Shown here: in pieces, positions 24,499 through 38,700 of the stretch | Layout of the letters: each line of letters opens with the position of its first letter | Position numbering within the stretch: the stretch's first letter is position 1 | NCBI RefSeq assembly: GCF_044324875.1 | Contig: NZ_CP172185.1 | Source: Escherichia coli | GTDB lineage: Bacteria; Pseudomonadota; Gammaproteobacteria; Enterobacterales; Enterobacteriaceae | Length of the DNA: 64,000 nt | Direction: 5' to 3' (one strand) | The notes under the pieces: generated by a model | The model's database searches: none | Told to the model about the DNA's origin: nothing | The model's input: only the letters and a program-made list of their open reading frames with translations | Program-made: the position numbers and the translations under genes

Positions 24499-27400
24499 TT
24501 AACTCGCTTGGGAAGGCACTTCGTCACTTCCAGGAAGCGTTTCAGGGAGTTGCGGCGCAAATCCTCGCAGGCCGACGACGTGAACGTGTTCGGTATTCTG
24601 GAAGACTTTACGCACCAGTTTATAGGTGGTGCCTTTTTCCGGACTGATATTTTCCGGCGCTGCGATGATGAGCTGCATTTGCAAACGTTCACACAATTCA
24701 AACAGCGTGGCGATAGAACGAGCATCCAGTCGCGCTGCTTCATCGAGGAACAGCAGGCGGCAAGGAGAGATATCTTTACCGCGCAGGCGGCGAGATTCAT
24801 CTTCCCAGCTTTGTACCACCATCACCAGAATCGACATACCGGTACCAATCGCCTCACCGGTCGACAATGCACCAGACTCTGCGCGCAACCAGCCATCAGA
24901 ACCACGGTTAACCTCAACTTCCATTTCCAGATAGTTGCGGTAATCCAGCAGTTCTTCGCCAATGGTCTGCGGCGTGCGCTGCCCCATATCAATCTGCGGA
25001 TTAAGACGCTGATACAATTTCGCCAGCGCTTCCGAGAAGGTCAGACGGTTGCTGTTAAACAGATCCTGATGCTGCTCATGCTGTTCAGAGAGCACATCCA
25101 GCAGCATGGCGTGCGTTTCACGCACGTTCACGTTGAGGCGCACGCTGTTCACCTGACCAAACGATACGTTCTGCAACCCCTGGTTGAGCATACGGATACG
25201 GTTCTGCTCGCGCTGAATGGTTTTGCGAATGATGTTCGCCACGCTGCGGGAACTGATCGCCAGTTTCTGTTCGCGGGAGGTTAATTCTTCGGTCAGACGG
25301 CTAAGTTCGATCTCCATCTGTTCGATAGCTTCCACCGGATCATCGGTACGAATAATATCCTGACGAATACGTTCACGCAGATGCTGATAAACCGCCACGA
25401 AGAACTGAATTTTACGCTCCGGACGTTTCGGATCTTCCGACATGCGCAGCACGTCGCGCAGATGTTCGTTATCCGCCACCGCCAGACGCAGCGCACCTAA
25501 CGCCTTATCCGACATAGAGCGCAAATCATCAGCGGAGAGATAAGCCAGCTCACGACGGTGTAAGCGACGCTCAACGCCGTTATCTTTCACCATGCGCATG
25601 ACTGCACACCAGCCCGCTTTCGCGGTCACTACCTGCTCGCGCATCTCAAAGTAATCCCGCTCCAGCTTGCGCAGTTTGCGGGTCAGGTTGTCCATCTCTG
25701 CTTCGCAGAAGGTAAGCGCTTTTTCCAGTTGATTGCGGCGTGAACGGTTATTGCTCAGTTGCGCGTGCAACTCGTCACGGCGAATACGCGCCCGCTCTTC
25801 TGCCCCGCTATCAGCTCGCACGCCGATATCCTGCAATTCACGTTGCAGATCATTGAGTAGCTCTTTTTTGGTGTCGTAAGAACTTTTCAGCGAAGCCAGC
25901 ACCTGGTTGTACTGACTCAACTGCGCTGCGTGTCCGCGCAACGCTTCACGCGCGCGGGTACGCTCCGCTTCCGCCTGTTCCAGACGTTCACGCAGTTTTT
26001 CGTTGAGATCGCTGTTACCGCTAAGCATTTCTGCCGAGTCAGAGTAGCTAAAGTGCGCACGACGTTGCACCACTTCCGTCAGGGCAAACGCCTGCTGACG
26101 GGCATCGCGCTGCATCTGCTGAGAGTACGCGTAATCTTCTTTTAACTGTTCGAACTGTTCCGGGTCACTCTGCAATACCGAAACGATCGGTTCCAGTTTC
26201 GCCAGTTGATTACCGAACTGCTGAACAAAACGCGCGGCTTCCTGGGCTTCATCCAGACGTTCGCGGATTTCATCGACGCGATCCGCCAGGCTGTCATCAG
26301 CCAACAAGTTGAGACGCGGCAGAATGCGGTTCAGCGCCGTAACACCCTCTTTCGCCTGCTCAAACTGAATACGCTGCTGCTGGTTATCATTTTCATGATT
26401 ACTCAACGCCCGCTCCAGTTCGACGCGACGGCTGTTCAGTTGACGGATTTCTGCTTCCGGGTCAGACTCAAACGCCACCGCCAGATGACTACCTATAAAG
26501 CGGCTGAATGCCTGATGCAGACGCTGGGTTTTCTGTACATCAAAGGAGAGCGTGGCGAAGCGTTCGGAAAGCACTTCACGCTCGGCATGGAGGCTTTCAA
26601 TACGGCTTTCACGCGCAGCACGACCAAACAGCGGCACTTCCGGGAAACGTGAATAACGCCACTGACGATCGGCGATTTTCACCACTACCGCTTTTTCCAG
26701 CTCATCAACGCTGAACACGCTGTCATCGAATGACTGCGGATCCCCTTCGATCAGATAGAGATCTTCCGGGCAATCGGTCAAGCCTTCCAGGTGCTCGGTT
26801 ACCTGTGACAGATCTGGCACCACGATGGCGTGGCGTGACGGGCCATACAGTGCCGAGAAGTACGGCGCATCTTCCAGACTCACGTCGTCATAAATTTCGG
26901 ACAGCAGCACGCCGCCAAAACGCTCCGCCAGCGCATTCAAACGCTGGTCTTCAGAACCACCTGGCTGGCTTAAACGTTCGATCTCTTCATCGACGGCGTT
27001 TTTGCGCGCGCCTACTTCATCGCGTTCAACAATGGCTTCGCGCTCACGCTCCAGCAACTGTTGCAGATATTCGGTGACATCCTGGCTAGAGGAGAACTCT
27101 TCGCCGCACTGTTCGCTCAACTGGTTGAGGCTGTTTTGCGCAGCCAGCCAAACCGGCGCACGCTGCATCAAACTCTGAATGCGAGACTGCAGCTGTTCCT
27201 GTTCCTGGCGCAGAGCCATGCGCTCTTCACGGGCGTTAGACACGCTATCGGAAAGAGAGGCAATGCGTGCTTCCAGCTCCTGATGCAGAGCTTCCAGTTC
27301 ATCAATATCAAAATTCTTGCCCTGACGTTTGCAGAAATCTGCCAGCAGGCGTTCGGCTTCTTGCTGCTCGCGCAGACGCTGTTCCAGTTCGCTTAAGCGC

Positions 27401-28959
27401 ATCCGCAACGGTTGAACCTGCTCTGCCAGGTGACGCTGATCGACCCCTTCGCGCAATAGTTCGCGAGCGACATCCCACGCCTCGTTACGCGCCAGCGGGC
27501 CATTAATTGCCACCACCAGCTGATAAGCCTGCTCAAACTGGCTGTGTGCGGTTTGCGCCATGCTCATTTTCTGCTCAAGAGAGAGCATTTTTTCAGTCGC
27601 TTCCAGCTCTTTCGCCTGGAAGGTTTCCAGCCATTCGGCGGCGCTGTCGGCGGTTAAGTCCGGCAGATGGCACAGTTCTTTGGCACGATTAAGCGCAGCA
27701 ATCGCCTGGTTATACTGGATCGCGCGCGTTTGCTGGACGTCCAGCGCCTGCTGATAGTCAGCAAGCTGGCTTTTCAGCTCGTCCACTTCCAGTTCGGCAG
27801 CTTCCGCACGAGCCTCGTTCTCTTCCTGGCGTTCGATGGCTTCTGCCACCACTTCGTTTTGCTCTTCCAGACGGATCTGCAGCTCATCGAGATCCGCTTC
27901 GTAACGTTCGATCTTCTCCTGCTGACGCAGTGCGGTTTGCACCAGGTTCAGGTGATCGCTGGCCGCCTGATAATCTGCTTCCAGATCGCCTTCGGCACCG
28001 TTGTGCTCTGCCAGCTCACGCGCCATATCGACGTGTTTGTACTGCTCAGCCGCCAGTTGCTGACGCGAAGTGTGTAGCTCGCGACGAAATTCCAGGGCTT
28101 TGTCGAGATGGACACGGCGCTCGTTGGCGTGACGCATGTAGTCCGCCGCCACGTAGTTGGTGGCTTCGCTGATCAGATGCTTAAACAGGTCACGGTCCGA
28201 CTGGGTGACACGAATCGCTTCCAGCGTCATGCGGTTTTCGCGCAGCGCCGCTTCCATGTCCTGGAACGCTTTCCGCACGCCGCTGTTTTCCGGCAACAGG
28301 TAGTCGCGCAGAGAGCGCGTAATGGCGCTGGAGATCCCGCCGTACAGCGAAGCTTCGATCAGACGATAGAATTTGCTACGGTCAGACGCTGAGCGCAGAC
28401 GACGCGCGATGATGCCCAGATCGAACATCAGCGAGTGGTAATCGGTAATGGAGTTGAACTGCTTAAACTGCACGCCTTCCATCGCCTCGAGCTTGTCTTT
28501 CAGCTCGTTCAGCGGCAGTACACGCGCCTGGCGTTCGTTGAGGGTTTCGGTCACCAGCTGCGTCGGCAGCACCGACATCGGCAGGCCCTGAATGGCAAAC
28601 GGTTTGATATCGACTTTACGATCGCGTCCGGCAACCTGTTGCAAACGCACACCGACCACCACACGCTGGTGGCGCGAGTTAATGGTGTCGAGCATCGAAT
28701 AACAGACACCCGCTTTCAGCTTACCGTGCAGACCTTTATCGCGCGAACCGCTGGTGGCCCCGGCTTCCGTGGTGTTACGGAAATGCAGCAGGGTCAGGTC
28801 GGGGATCAGCGCCGTAACGAACGCCGCCATGGTGGTGGATTTACCCGCCCCGTTACCGCCGGAGAGCGTCGTAACCAGCTCATCGAGGTCAAAAGTTCGG
28901 GCAAAAAAGCCGTTCCAGTTAATCAGCGTCAGTGAGCGAAATTTACCGCGTTCAATCAT
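24499..28959 (-). CDS. mukB: chromosome partition protein MukB (SMC-like condensin)
   Basis: 1486 aa; N-terminal Walker A (GGNGAGKST), long coiled-coil middle, C-terminal ATPase tail. Confidence 0.95.
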   Translation of the reverse strand: MIERGKFRSLTLINWNGFFARTFDLDELVTTLSGGNGAGKSTTMAAFVTALIPDLTLLHFRNTTEAGATSGSRDKGLHGKLKAGVCYSMLDTINSRHQRVVVGVRLQQVAGRDRKVDIKPFAIQGLPMSVLPTQLVTETLNERQARVLPLNELKDKLEAMEGVQFKQFNSITDYHSLMFDLGIIARRLRSASDRSKFYRLIEASLYGGISSAITRSLRDYLLPENSGVRKAFQDMEAALRENRMTLEAIRVTQSDRDLFKHLISEATNYVAADYMRHANERRVHLDKALEFRRELHTSRQQLAAEQYKHVDMARELAEHNGAEGDLEADYQAASDHLNLVQTALRQQEKIERYEADLDELQIRLEEQNEVVAEAIERQEENEARAEAAELEVDELKSQLADYQQALDVQQTRAIQYNQAIAALNRAKELCHLPDLTADSAAEWLETFQAKELEATEKMLSLEQKMSMAQTAHSQFEQAYQLVVAINGPLARNEAWDVARELLREGVDQRHLAEQVQPLRMRLSELEQRLREQQEAERLLADFCKRQGKNFDIDELEALHQELEARIASLSDSVSNAREERMALRQEQEQLQSRIQSLMQRAPVWLAAQNSLNQLSEQCGEEFSSSQDVTEYLQQLLEREREAIVERDEVGARKNAVDEEIERLSQPGGSEDQRLNALAERFGGVLLSEIYDDVSLEDAPYFSALYGPSRHAIVVPDLSQVTEHLEGLTDCPEDLYLIEGDPQSFDDSVFSVDELEKAVVVKIADRQWRYSRFPEVPLFGRAARESRIESLHAEREVLSERFATLSFDVQKTQRLHQAFSRFIGSHLAVAFESDPEAEIRQLNSRRVELERALSNHENDNQQQRIQFEQAKEGVTALNRILPRLNLLADDSLADRVDEIRERLDEAQEAARFVQQFGNQLAKLEPIVSVLQSDPEQFEQLKEDYAYSQQMQRDARQQAFALTEVVQRRAHFSYSDSAEMLSGNSDLNEKLRERLEQAEAERTRAREALRGHAAQLSQYNQVLASLKSSYDTKKELLNDLQRELQDIGVRADSGAEERARIRRDELHAQLSNNRSRRNQLEKALTFCEAEMDNLTRKLRKLERDYFEMREQVVTAKAGWCAVMRMVKDNGVERRLHRRELAYLSADDLRSMSDKALGALRLAVADNEHLRDVLRMSEDPKRPERKIQFFVAVYQHLRERIRQDIIRTDDPVEAIEQMEIELSRLTEELTSREQKLAISSRSVANIIRKTIQREQNRIRMLNQGLQNVSFGQVNSVRLNVNVRETHAMLLDVLSEQHEQHQDLFNSNRLTFSEALAKLYQRLNPQIDMGQRTPQTIGEELLDYRNYLEMEVEVNRGSDGWLRAESGALSTGEAIGTGMSILVMVVQSWEDESRRLRGKDISPCRLLFLDEAARLDARSIATLFELCERLQMQLIIAAPENISPEKGTTYKLVRKVFQNTEHVHVVGLRGFAPQLPETLPGSDEVPSQAS

Positions 28960-29663
28960 TATTCTTCCTCTCCGCTATCTGGCTGACTCTCTTCGGTTTC
29001 ATCGTTGAGTTGCAGATGATTTTCAATCGGCATTGCTTCGCCATCACGAATCAGGCGACGCTGTGCTTCACGGGGATCGTCGCCAGCACGCACATCGGCT
29101 CCGAAGCGGAACACCGATTCGGTAATGCGGAACTTGCTGCTGTCGTGGCCCATAAACCACACCATACCCAAACGACGCAGACGGTTGAGCGAAGAACGTA
29201 CTTTTTCCTGCAACTTCTGGCGGTCAACGTCTGAACCGGTTGAACGGTTGTTCACCAGTTTCAGCAGTTTCGCTTCATCGGCCAGGGTGAGCAGTTCGTC
29301 GTACAGTTCCTGCTGGGTGAAAATCCCCTCGTTCGCCAGCCGTTCCGGGCTGAGATAGAGATAACAGAGGATTTTCCCGACCATCATATCCAGTTCCGAC
29401 AAGACGGAACGCGGGATAAGAGTGGTGGAACGTGGGCGTAAATAGAAGAACCCTTCCGGTGCACGAATAAGCTCAACGTTATAACGCGCGTAAAACTCTT
29501 CCAGATATTCCTGAAAATCCATCAGGAATGCATGATTATCCAGTTCGTCGAGGCCAATATGGCGGCCTGAACGTAAGGCGCTATCCAGCGCCGGAAATAA
29601 CGGATTCGCCAGCGCCTGCGCCAGCTTAACCGGCATCACTTGTTCAATATTTGTCGATGACAT
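28959..29663 (-). CDS. mukE: chromosome partition protein MukE
   Basis: Start taken at [16 protein letters not shown] inside listed ORF 28959..29690; 234 aa; its stop overlaps the mukB start by 1 nt. Confidence 0.88.
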
Positions 29664-30966
29664 GCGCCTGTACCTTGGCTCCGTAATCATTAATCGGCTG
29701 CCATTTCGCTGGCAGTCCGGTGAAATCTGCTTGCGCTACGCCAAGACGTACCGCCTGATCAATAACAATGCGCGCAACGTCAAAGTGACGTGCACGCGGA
29801 TACTGTGACAGATATTCGCGTACCACCAGACCAAGATCCAGCGGCACTTGTCTGGTTTTGTACACGGCGAGTTGTTCTTCGATGATCGCCGCCAGCTGTT
29901 CGCGGATCTCGTTAAACTCTTCGTACTCCAGATCCTCAGGAAGTTCTCCTGTCACTTCTTCATCGCGCAGAGCCATCTCTTCGTCACGCATATCCAACAG
30001 ACGATCGGCATTGGCATAAGTTAGCGCCCACGGCTCATCAAAATAGGTTTGTACCGACTGACGTAACCGCTGAGCAAAGACGCGGTTTTTATCCATATCG
30101 ATCGCAGTACGAATAAATTTGTGTACGTGGCGGTCGTAGCCAATCCACAAATCGATGGATTGCTGGCCCCAGCTGATAATACGGTCAAGTTTGCTCTGCA
30201 GATCGAATACCAGACGATCGACAAAATGCAGATCGTCATGGGTCATCGTCGCATCCTGAATGCGCAACAGATTAGCCTGCAATTTGTCGCCTGCCGCTTC
30301 CAGCGTATCCTGCAATTCACGCAGCGTTCCGGAAGTTTCCGAAAGCAACAATTCACAGCTGGAGATCGCCGCCCGCCAGTCTTTGTTCAGCAACTGGGCG
30401 ATATCGTCCTTCACCTGCTGCTGCTGTTCGTCCATCAGACGTTGCGTCAGGTCGATACTGTCGAAAATTTCTGCTACCGAATATTTCAGTGGCGCATAAA
30501 CATTACGGTGCCAGTGAAATTCATCACCGCCCTCTTCGGCGGCATCTGCCGCGCGTTTGAGCTCACCCGCCACAATCGACAACTGCATAGAAAGGCGCAG
30601 CGTAGAAAACTCGCGCTGACGGATGTAATAGTCAGTAATGCCGATGCCGAGCGGCGTCAGACGGTAAATTGCGTTCCCTTCCGCCTGCTCGCTGGTAAAG
30701 CGGTTCAGCAGACGTTGACGCACCATGTCGTTGATCGCGTTGTTGGCGCGCACGCCGATGGTTTCGCTGGTTTGCTCAAACGCATCACTCACATGGCGGA
30801 ATGCATCCACCAGCTCGCCTTCACTCATCTCACCATCCAGACGCTCGCCGTTCAGCGTGGCAACCGCCAGCAGAAAAGAGAGTCGGTCTACCGGCAGCGA
30901 GATGGAGAAGTCATTTTTTCTGGCCCAGGCAACCAGTTCGGGGACTGTCTGGGAAAATTCACTCAT
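29644..30966 (-). CDS. mukF: chromosome partition protein MukF (kleisin)
   Basis: 440 aa; overlaps the mukE start. Confidence 0.93.
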
Positions 30967-31748
30967 ACTTTATCCTTGCTCTGCGGTTTGCGCGCGGTGA
31001 CATGAATATAACGCCCCAGGGTAATATACGGTTCCTGACGGCAATAACGCGTTTCTAATTCAAGTAATGCTTCATAGCAGTCGCGCTGCTGGTGCTTCTC
31101 GCGCAGATAATCATGAAACACGCGAACGCCTGTCTTACCCATAATTTGCCAACCAGCTTCTTCCAGCCACAGATAAACCTGCGCCGGGTCGCGTGGATAA
31201 TCTGGCGAAAGCGTCCGTTTTTTCTTTTTCGGCATTCCCGCCTGCACGTAATCAAAATTCCCGGCGACCATGTTATGCATCAGCAAGCCGTGCGCATTGT
31301 AGAACATTAACGACAACACACCGCCTGGACGCAACACTGACCACAGGGTCTGTAATACGCTGCGGGGATCGGCCACCCACTCGAGCACCGCATGGAACAA
31401 TATCAGATCAACGGGCGTTTCCAAATGCGAAGCAACATCCTGAGCGGCGCAATGTATAAATTGCATGTTGTCGCTCACACCTTTTGCTTCTGCCGCCTGT
31501 TTTGCGCGGTCGATCATCTGCGCAGAAAGATCGCATAAAATGACCTGATGCCCACGCTCGGCCATTTTGATTGCGGTCTGCCCTTCTCCACCGCCAGCAT
31601 CCAGCACACGCAGTTTTTGCGGGCCCATTTCCGCCAGCACGCGATCGAGATCCTGCCACAGAATAGCCTGTCGAAGCTGCCCTTTGGTGGTGCCGTAAAT
31701 GTTACGGGAAAACTTTTCCGCAATATCATCAAAATTGCGATCCTGCAT
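30963..31748 (-). CDS. cmoM: SAM-dependent methyltransferase CmoM (SmtA)
   Basis: Start taken at [13 protein letters not shown] inside listed ORF; 261 aa; SAM-binding motif VLDAGGGEG; 4-nt overlap with mukF start. Confidence 0.88.
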
Positions 31749-31883
31749 TGCTTTCTCCACCGGTTGGCTAAGACGTTTTCTGATAAAGACGCTATTTTGT
31801 CACAGCCACGGCGAGAATGAACCCGTCTGGTGTAATATCGCTGGCGATCCCTTGCTATATGGTTAAAAAAGGAACCAGAAAGG

Positions 31884-32663
31884 ATGCTTTTTACACTGAA
31901 AAAAGTGATTGGCAATATGTTGCTGCCACTTCCGCTGATGTTGTTGATTATTGGCGCTGGCCTGGCGCTGCTGTGGTTTAGCCGTTTTCAAAAAACCGGG
32001 AAGATTTTTATTAGCATTGGGTGGCTGGCGCTCTTGTTATTGAGTTTGCAACCGGTAGCCGACCGCCTGCTGCGTCCCATCGAAAGCACCTATCCGACAT
32101 GGAATAATTCGCAAAAAGTGGACTATATCGTGGTGCTCGGAGGTGGTTATACCTGGAACCCGCAGTGGGCACCAAGCTCGAATTTAATCAATAACAGTCT
32201 GCCCCGCCTGAATGAAGGTATTCGCTTATGGCGCGAAAATCCGGGATCAAAACTGATCTTCACGGGAGGCGTAGCAAAAACCAATACGGTGAGTACAGCC
32301 GAAGTAGGTGCCCGAGTTGCGCAATCGCTGGGCGTGCCGCGCGAGCAAATTATCACTCTGGATTTGCCAAAAGATACCGAAGAAGAAGCTGCGGCAGTGA
32401 AACAGGCGATTGGTGACGCCCCTTTCCTGCTGGTGACATCCGCGTCTCATTTGCCGCGGGCGATGATCTTTTTTCAGCAGGAAGGGTTAAATCCGCTGCC
32501 AGCCCCGGCGAATCAGTTGGCCATCGACTCGCCGCTTAATCCGTGGGAACGGGCAATCCCTTCTCCGGTCTGGCTGATGCATAGCGATCGTGTTGGCTAT
32601 GAAACGCTTGGCCGCATCTGGCAGTGGCTGAAAGGTCCGTCAGGCAAGCCACGGCAAGAGTGA
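31884..32663 (+). CDS. elyC: envelope biogenesis factor ElyC (YcbC), DUF218
   Basis: 259 aa with N-terminal transmembrane segments. Confidence 0.88.
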   Translation: MLFTLKKVIGNMLLPLPLMLLIIGAGLALLWFSRFQKTGKIFISIGWLALLLLSLQPVADRLLRPIESTYPTWNNSQKVDYIVVLGGGYTWNPQWAPSSNLINNSLPRLNEGIRLWRENPGSKLIFTGGVAKTNTVSTAEVGARVAQSLGVPREQIITLDLPKDTEEEAAAVKQAIGDAPFLLVTSASHLPRAMIFFQQEGLNPLPAPANQLAIDSPLNPWERAIPSPVWLMHSDRVGYETLGRIWQWLKGPSGKPRQE

Positions 32664-33533
32664 TTTTGATGCCAGATCGAAGTTGCGCCGACTAAATCGT
32701 CCGGTATTAACCAGTTGCGCAACTTCATCCCATAACACATACAACCAACGCCGCCAGATGAACGACTCCGCCACTGGCGCGCGTTGCAGGTAGCTCCAGA
32801 GCAAATCTTCCGCCAGAGAATTATCCATTAGTCGGAACAGTTCGTATTCTCGCGGTGCCCAAAGCATTAGTCCCGGCCCGACCATCGCCAGTAACTGATC
32901 GCTGCGCGAATCTTTCAGCATGCTGCGTAAACAGAAGTTACCGTGAATCAGCACACAATTGTCGTTAAAGCCTTCAAATAATGCCGGAAGACATTCGCGA
33001 GTACGAAACAGGATCCGCTTATCCTGCATCGTTAGACCGGTGTTATTGAACTGATTGAGCGTGGTCCATAGCACTTCAACATGTTGCCGGTACCATGAGG
33101 GCCAGAAATTTTCCTGAGTATTGTCGACCGCACCGACGCAACCGCGACTGTCCTGACGGTGCCAGGCCAGTAAGGCTTCAACGATTTGATCTTTGAGTTG
33201 TTCCCAGCGTTCTGGTGTTCGGGCTGGTGCCTCCACCGAAACACCACGCATCCGCTCCAGTAGCAGGACATCGGGGCCGGGGTGTTCTTCATGCGTCATC
33301 ACACCATAAATAGTCGGCATACGGACAGTCCCACTTCTTGCCAGCATGGTGGTTTTCCATGCCAGTTGTCGGGCTTTTCCGGGCGTACTAAAGCTTCTTG
33401 CCATTAACGGCATTGGGTTTCCCTGGCTGTCATACAAAGCCCACAACGCCGTATCCGCTTTTTCATTGACGCACTCAATACGACTGAGTTTTTCGCCCAG
33501 TAAATGGCTTAATTCGGCACGCAGCTGTTCCAT
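32640..33533 (-). CDS. ycbJ: putative phosphotransferase/kinase-like protein YcbJ
   Basis: 297 aa; 3' end overlaps the elyC 3' end (convergent). Confidence 0.85.
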   Translation of the reverse strand: MEQLRAELSHLLGEKLSRIECVNEKADTALWALYDSQGNPMPLMARSFSTPGKARQLAWKTTMLARSGTVRMPTIYGVMTHEEHPGPDVLLLERMRGVSVEAPARTPERWEQLKDQIVEALLAWHRQDSRGCVGAVDNTQENFWPSWYRQHVEVLWTTLNQFNNTGLTMQDKRILFRTRECLPALFEGFNDNCVLIHGNFCLRSMLKDSRSDQLLAMVGPGLMLWAPREYELFRLMDNSLAEDLLWSYLQRAPVAESFIWRRWLYVLWDEVAQLVNTGRFSRRNFDLASKSLLPWLA

Positions 33534-33686
33534 TCAGATTACCCTCATAAAAGCTACTGCTTTCATAATGAGCGCCAATATAAAAGATGTCACCTGAATG
33601 AGATCAATTGTTGAAAAGAAAAATTGAGGAAAATCGTAACGGTACGACACTCCTCCCAAAATTGGCTGGAGTGTCGTGAAGTGAAA

Positions 33687-34612
<926 letters not shown>

Positions 34613-34663
34613 AGTTCCTCCAGATGGATCGGGTTATGAATGCATAAATCTTATCATAATCAT

Positions 34664-35896
34664 TTATGCGACGGGGTCTATTTCCCAGCCAGTGCGGCAA
34701 TCAGTAAAGAGGCCTTGCGGGCAGCGTCCTAATGTCACCCGCGTTGCCTGCTGCCAGTTAGCGAAATCAGTAATCGCCTGACGTAACCCTTTTTGCAGCG
34801 TTGTCGTTGGTTTAATGCCTTCCTGTAACCACAGAGAGATAACTTCAAGGATGCCTGTCTGGCGATGCATTTTGGCATCCATTCGCCCAACTAATTGCCC
34901 ACGATGTAATAACGGCAGAACAAAATAGCCATACTGGCGTTTCGGCGCTGGGGTATAGCACTCCAGCCGGTAGCTAAAATCAAAAAGCTGCTCTGCGCGT
35001 TTACGATCCCAGACAACAGGATCAAAAGGCGAAAGTACCGCGCTGTGCGTTGCAGTGAGCTTTCCGGCCAGCGCACGCTCGAGTAGCGGCAGCAAATCAG
35101 CATGCAGCCAAATATTGCCCAATTTTTCAACATGCACAGCAATGATTTGCCGCTGTTCAGCCCTCGCTTCGCGCCACGCTGCCAGTGCCGGACGTTTCAG
35201 CCGATAGTAATCTGCCAGCCACTGTTCGCGGAATATTCCCAGGCTACGCGCACTGTTATCCAGCATGATGATTTCTGCTTCTGTTTGCGAAACGAGATCG
35301 CGCTCATCATCCCAGTCAGGCATGACACGGTAGGTTAAATCATAAACGCGCTGGAAGTTGCGCCGTTCAATCACCATCACTTTCCCGGCAGTAAATAAAC
35401 CTTCCAGATGCCGTTTATGCGGCTTCCATTCCCACCAGCCGCTTGCACCTTTACGAGGATGCTCAAAATCGGCTGAACGTACCGGCCCCTTATCATGAAT
35501 ATGCTGAATTAACTGTGCAATTTCCGCCTCATGTTCCTGCATCCAGGCGTCATTGTATTTCCAGCCCATTTTTTCAGGTGCCAGCATGCGGTGGCGAATA
35601 AGACGAAAGTCGCTACGCGGCATAAAGCAGGCTTCATGCGCCCAGTATTCCATTAATTCGCCACGCGCCAGAGACTCATCCAGCCACTGGGCAGGATAAT
35701 TTCCCAGACGACTGAAAAGCACCAGATATGGACTACGGGCAACAATATTAATGGTATCGATTTGCAGCAAGGACATGCGGGAGATCGTTGCCGGAATATC
35801 CTCCAACGATGCTCGACGGCGGGGTTTGTTTAACAGGCCTTGCGCGGCGAGGTGAAGATTACGCGCATCAGCAAGAGAGAGGTGCGGCAGCGACAT
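34664..35896 (-). CDS. ycaQ: winged-helix DNA glycosylase YcaQ
   Basis: 410 aa; position between kdsB/ycaR and lpxK. Confidence 0.85.
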   Translation of the reverse strand: MSLPHLSLADARNLHLAAQGLLNKPRRRASLEDIPATISRMSLLQIDTINIVARSPYLVLFSRLGNYPAQWLDESLARGELMEYWAHEACFMPRSDFRLIRHRMLAPEKMGWKYNDAWMQEHEAEIAQLIQHIHDKGPVRSADFEHPRKGASGWWEWKPHKRHLEGLFTAGKVMVIERRNFQRVYDLTYRVMPDWDDERDLVSQTEAEIIMLDNSARSLGIFREQWLADYYRLKRPALAAWREARAEQRQIIAVHVEKLGNIWLHADLLPLLERALAGKLTATHSAVLSPFDPVVWDRKRAEQLFDFSYRLECYTPAPKRQYGYFVLPLLHRGQLVGRMDAKMHRQTGILEVISLWLQEGIKPTTTLQKGLRQAITDFANWQQATRVTLGRCPQGLFTDCRTGWEIDPVA

Positions 35897-35932
35897 TCAT
35901 GACTCCATCAATCGAACGCTGCCGCGGCGTAA

Positions 35933-36919
35933 CTAGTTGCCAGAAGCCAGCGAGGTTAGTTGCGCAAGCAGTTTCGCTGGTTCATCACCTGAAAGCTGTG
36001 CGTCTACAGGCAAATACCACCAATTTTCTTCTGCAAAGGCCCGGCATTTCACCGCATCTTTTTCAGTCATTACCAGCGTTTGCCCGGCGTTTACCAACGC
36101 GCTGACATCCGCATGGTTCAAAGACTGATGATCGGCCAGCGGTACACATTTTTCCGGTTGTACGCCGCACATCTTCAGCGTGGCAAAAAAGCGCGGCGGA
36201 TGTCCAATCCCCGCCATCGCCACTACATGTTCAAGCTGAGCAACGTCACAACGCGTACCGGTACGTAAATTCACCGCCTGACCCGGCAGCAGATGCATGG
36301 GGATTTCACCGCTGCGGGGGACACCGCCGTTGACGATTACCGCATCAACCGACTTTAAGCGCCCCGCTCGCTCACGCATTGGCCCCGCCGGCAACCACCA
36401 ACCATTGCCAAAGCGACGCACACCATCAATAACGACAATTTCCACATCACGCGCCAGACGGTAATGCTGTAAACCGTCGTCGGTTACGATGATCTGCACA
36501 TCAGGGTGTTGCGCCAGAATGGCTTTTACCGCATCAGAACGCACGGGAGAAACCGCAACGGGCGCGCCAGTGCGTTGATAAATCAACACAGGTTCATCAC
36601 CCGCCTGTGCTGTGGTGGTATCTGCCGACAATAACAGCGGATAAGATTCAGCCTTACCACCATATCCCCGCGATACGACCCCCACGCGAATACCGCGCTG
36701 TTGCAGCTGTTCCACCAGCCAGATAACGACCGGGGTTTTTCCGTTGCCGCCTGCGGTGAGATTACCAACCACGACAACCGGTACGGGGGCACGCCAGGCG
36801 CGCTTCAGTTTTAGTTTATAGCAAAGACGGATCGCGCCACTCACCAGGCCATACAACCAGGAGAGTGGCAGCAATAGCCGCCACAAAGGGGATTCACCAG
36901 ACCAGATTTTTTCGATCAT
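35933..36919 (-). CDS. lpxK: tetraacyldisaccharide 4'-kinase
   Basis: 328 aa; P-loop ([12 protein letters not shown]). Confidence 0.93.
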   Translation of the reverse strand: MIEKIWSGESPLWRLLLPLSWLYGLVSGAIRLCYKLKLKRAWRAPVPVVVVGNLTAGGNGKTPVVIWLVEQLQQRGIRVGVVSRGYGGKAESYPLLLSADTTTAQAGDEPVLIYQRTGAPVAVSPVRSDAVKAILAQHPDVQIIVTDDGLQHYRLARDVEIVVIDGVRRFGNGWWLPAGPMRERAGRLKSVDAVIVNGGVPRSGEIPMHLLPGQAVNLRTGTRCDVAQLEHVVAMAGIGHPPRFFATLKMCGVQPEKCVPLADHQSLNHADVSALVNAGQTLVMTEKDAVKCRAFAEENWWYLPVDAQLSGDEPAKLLAQLTSLASGN

Positions 36920-38664
36920 TGACCAAACTGCATTTTGTGAAGTTGCGCGTAAACGCCACGGTGCTCAAGCAAATCGTTATGCGTACCGCGTTCCACAATG
37001 ACACCATCCTCGACGACCACGATTTCGTCTGCCTTTTCAATGGTAGACAAGCGGTGGGCAATCACCAGAGAGGTACGGTTTTTCTGCAACTCATCCAGTG
37101 CCGCCTGAATCGCACGTTCGGATTCGGTATCCAACGCCGAGGTAGCTTCGTCCAGAATCAGAATCGGGCTATCACGCAACAAGGCTCGAGCGATGGCAAT
37201 ACGCTGACGCTGACCGCCAGAGAGCAGCACGCCGTTTTCACCAATCACTGTATCGAGACCGTTATCCATCTTATTGATGAAGTCCATGGCGTAGGCCATA
37301 CGCGCCGCTTCTTCAATTTGCTCACGGCTGTACTGTTCAGTCCGTGCGTAAGCAATGTTGTTGGCAACCGTATCGTTAAACAGATGGACATTCTGCGACA
37401 CCAGAGCAACCTGGTTACGTAACGACGCCAGGGTATACTCGCGCAGATCGTGACCATCCATCAGGATTTCGCCTTCATCAATATCGTAAAAACGTGTGAT
37501 TAGGCTGGCGATGGTTGATTTACCTGAACCAGAGCGTCCAACCAGAGCAACCGTCTTCCCTGCCGGAATTTTCAGGTTGATGTTACGCAATGCGGGCACG
37601 TCACGTCCCGGATAAGTAAAGGTGACATTGCGGAATTCCACGTCGCCAGTCGCACGCTCGATCACGCGCTTACCTTCGTCTTTCTCCTGCTCACTGTCCA
37701 GAATGGTAAACAGCGTCTGACAAGCCGCCATACCGCGCTGGAACTGGGCGTTAACGTTGGTCAGCGATTTCAGCGGACGCATCAGTGCAATCATTGAAGA
37801 GAAAACAACGGTAATCGTACCGGCAGTCAGGCTATCCATGACACTTGGGAAGCTCGCCGCATACAGAACAAACGCCAGCGCCAAAGAGGCGATCAGCTGA
37901 ATGATCGGATCAGAGATGGAAGAGGCTGAAACCATTTTCATCCCCTGAAGACGCATTCGGTTACTGACTTTATCGAAGCGTTTCGTTTCCACTTCCTGAC
38001 CACCGAAAATCAATACTTCTTTGTGGCCCTTCAGCATTTGTTCTGCGCTGGTGGTCACCTGCCCCATGGTGTTCTGCATGTTTTTACTGATGTTACGAAA
38101 ACGCTTCGATACAACGCGAATCGCAATCGAAACAATCGGTGCCAGCACAATCAAAATGATCGACAGTTGCCAGCTGTAATAGAACATCATGATGAACAGG
38201 CCGATGATCGACGCACCTTCACGCACAACAGTAATCAGTGCGCCGGAAGAAGAAGAAGCAACCTGTTCGGAATCGTAGGTGATACGTGACAACAGCGTAC
38301 CCGTTGACTGTTTGTCAAAAAATGAAACAGGCATTCCCATCATGTGACCAAACAGGCGGCGACGCATGGTCATTACCACCTTTCCTGATACCCAGGAGAT
38401 ACAGTAGCTGGAGACATAGCTGGTGATACCACGTAAAATCATCAGCCCGATCACCACCAGCGGCATCCACACCAGCACGGAGCGATCTGTTTTACCAAAG
38501 CCATCATCAAGAAGTGGCTTAAGGAGCGATAACATGAAGGTATCGCTGGCTGCGTTGAGGATTAACGCTACGCCCGCCACGATCAGACCCGCTTTAAAAG
38601 GCGCAATGGTTGGCCACAGTCGGCGGAACGTCTGCCACGTAGAGAGATCTTTGTCGTTATGCAT
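36916..38664 (-). CDS. msbA: lipid A/LPS flippase ABC transporter MsbA
   Basis: 582 aa; TMD plus NBD with Walker A (GRSGSGKST) and LSGGQRQR; 4-nt overlap with lpxK. Confidence 0.95.
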   Translation of the reverse strand: MHNDKDLSTWQTFRRLWPTIAPFKAGLIVAGVALILNAASDTFMLSLLKPLLDDGFGKTDRSVLVWMPLVVIGLMILRGITSYVSSYCISWVSGKVVMTMRRRLFGHMMGMPVSFFDKQSTGTLLSRITYDSEQVASSSSGALITVVREGASIIGLFIMMFYYSWQLSIILIVLAPIVSIAIRVVSKRFRNISKNMQNTMGQVTTSAEQMLKGHKEVLIFGGQEVETKRFDKVSNRMRLQGMKMVSASSISDPIIQLIASLALAFVLYAASFPSVMDSLTAGTITVVFSSMIALMRPLKSLTNVNAQFQRGMAACQTLFTILDSEQEKDEGKRVIERATGDVEFRNVTFTYPGRDVPALRNINLKIPAGKTVALVGRSGSGKSTIASLITRFYDIDEGEILMDGHDLREYTLASLRNQVALVSQNVHLFNDTVANNIAYARTEQYSREQIEEAARMAYAMDFINKMDNGLDTVIGENGVLLSGGQRQRIAIARALLRDSPILILDEATSALDTESERAIQAALDELQKNRTSLVIAHRLSTIEKADEIVVVEDGVIVERGTHNDLLEHRGVYAQLHKMQFGQ

Positions 38665-38700
38665 TCAAAAAACCAGCATTTGTTGAAATAGCCGCATATT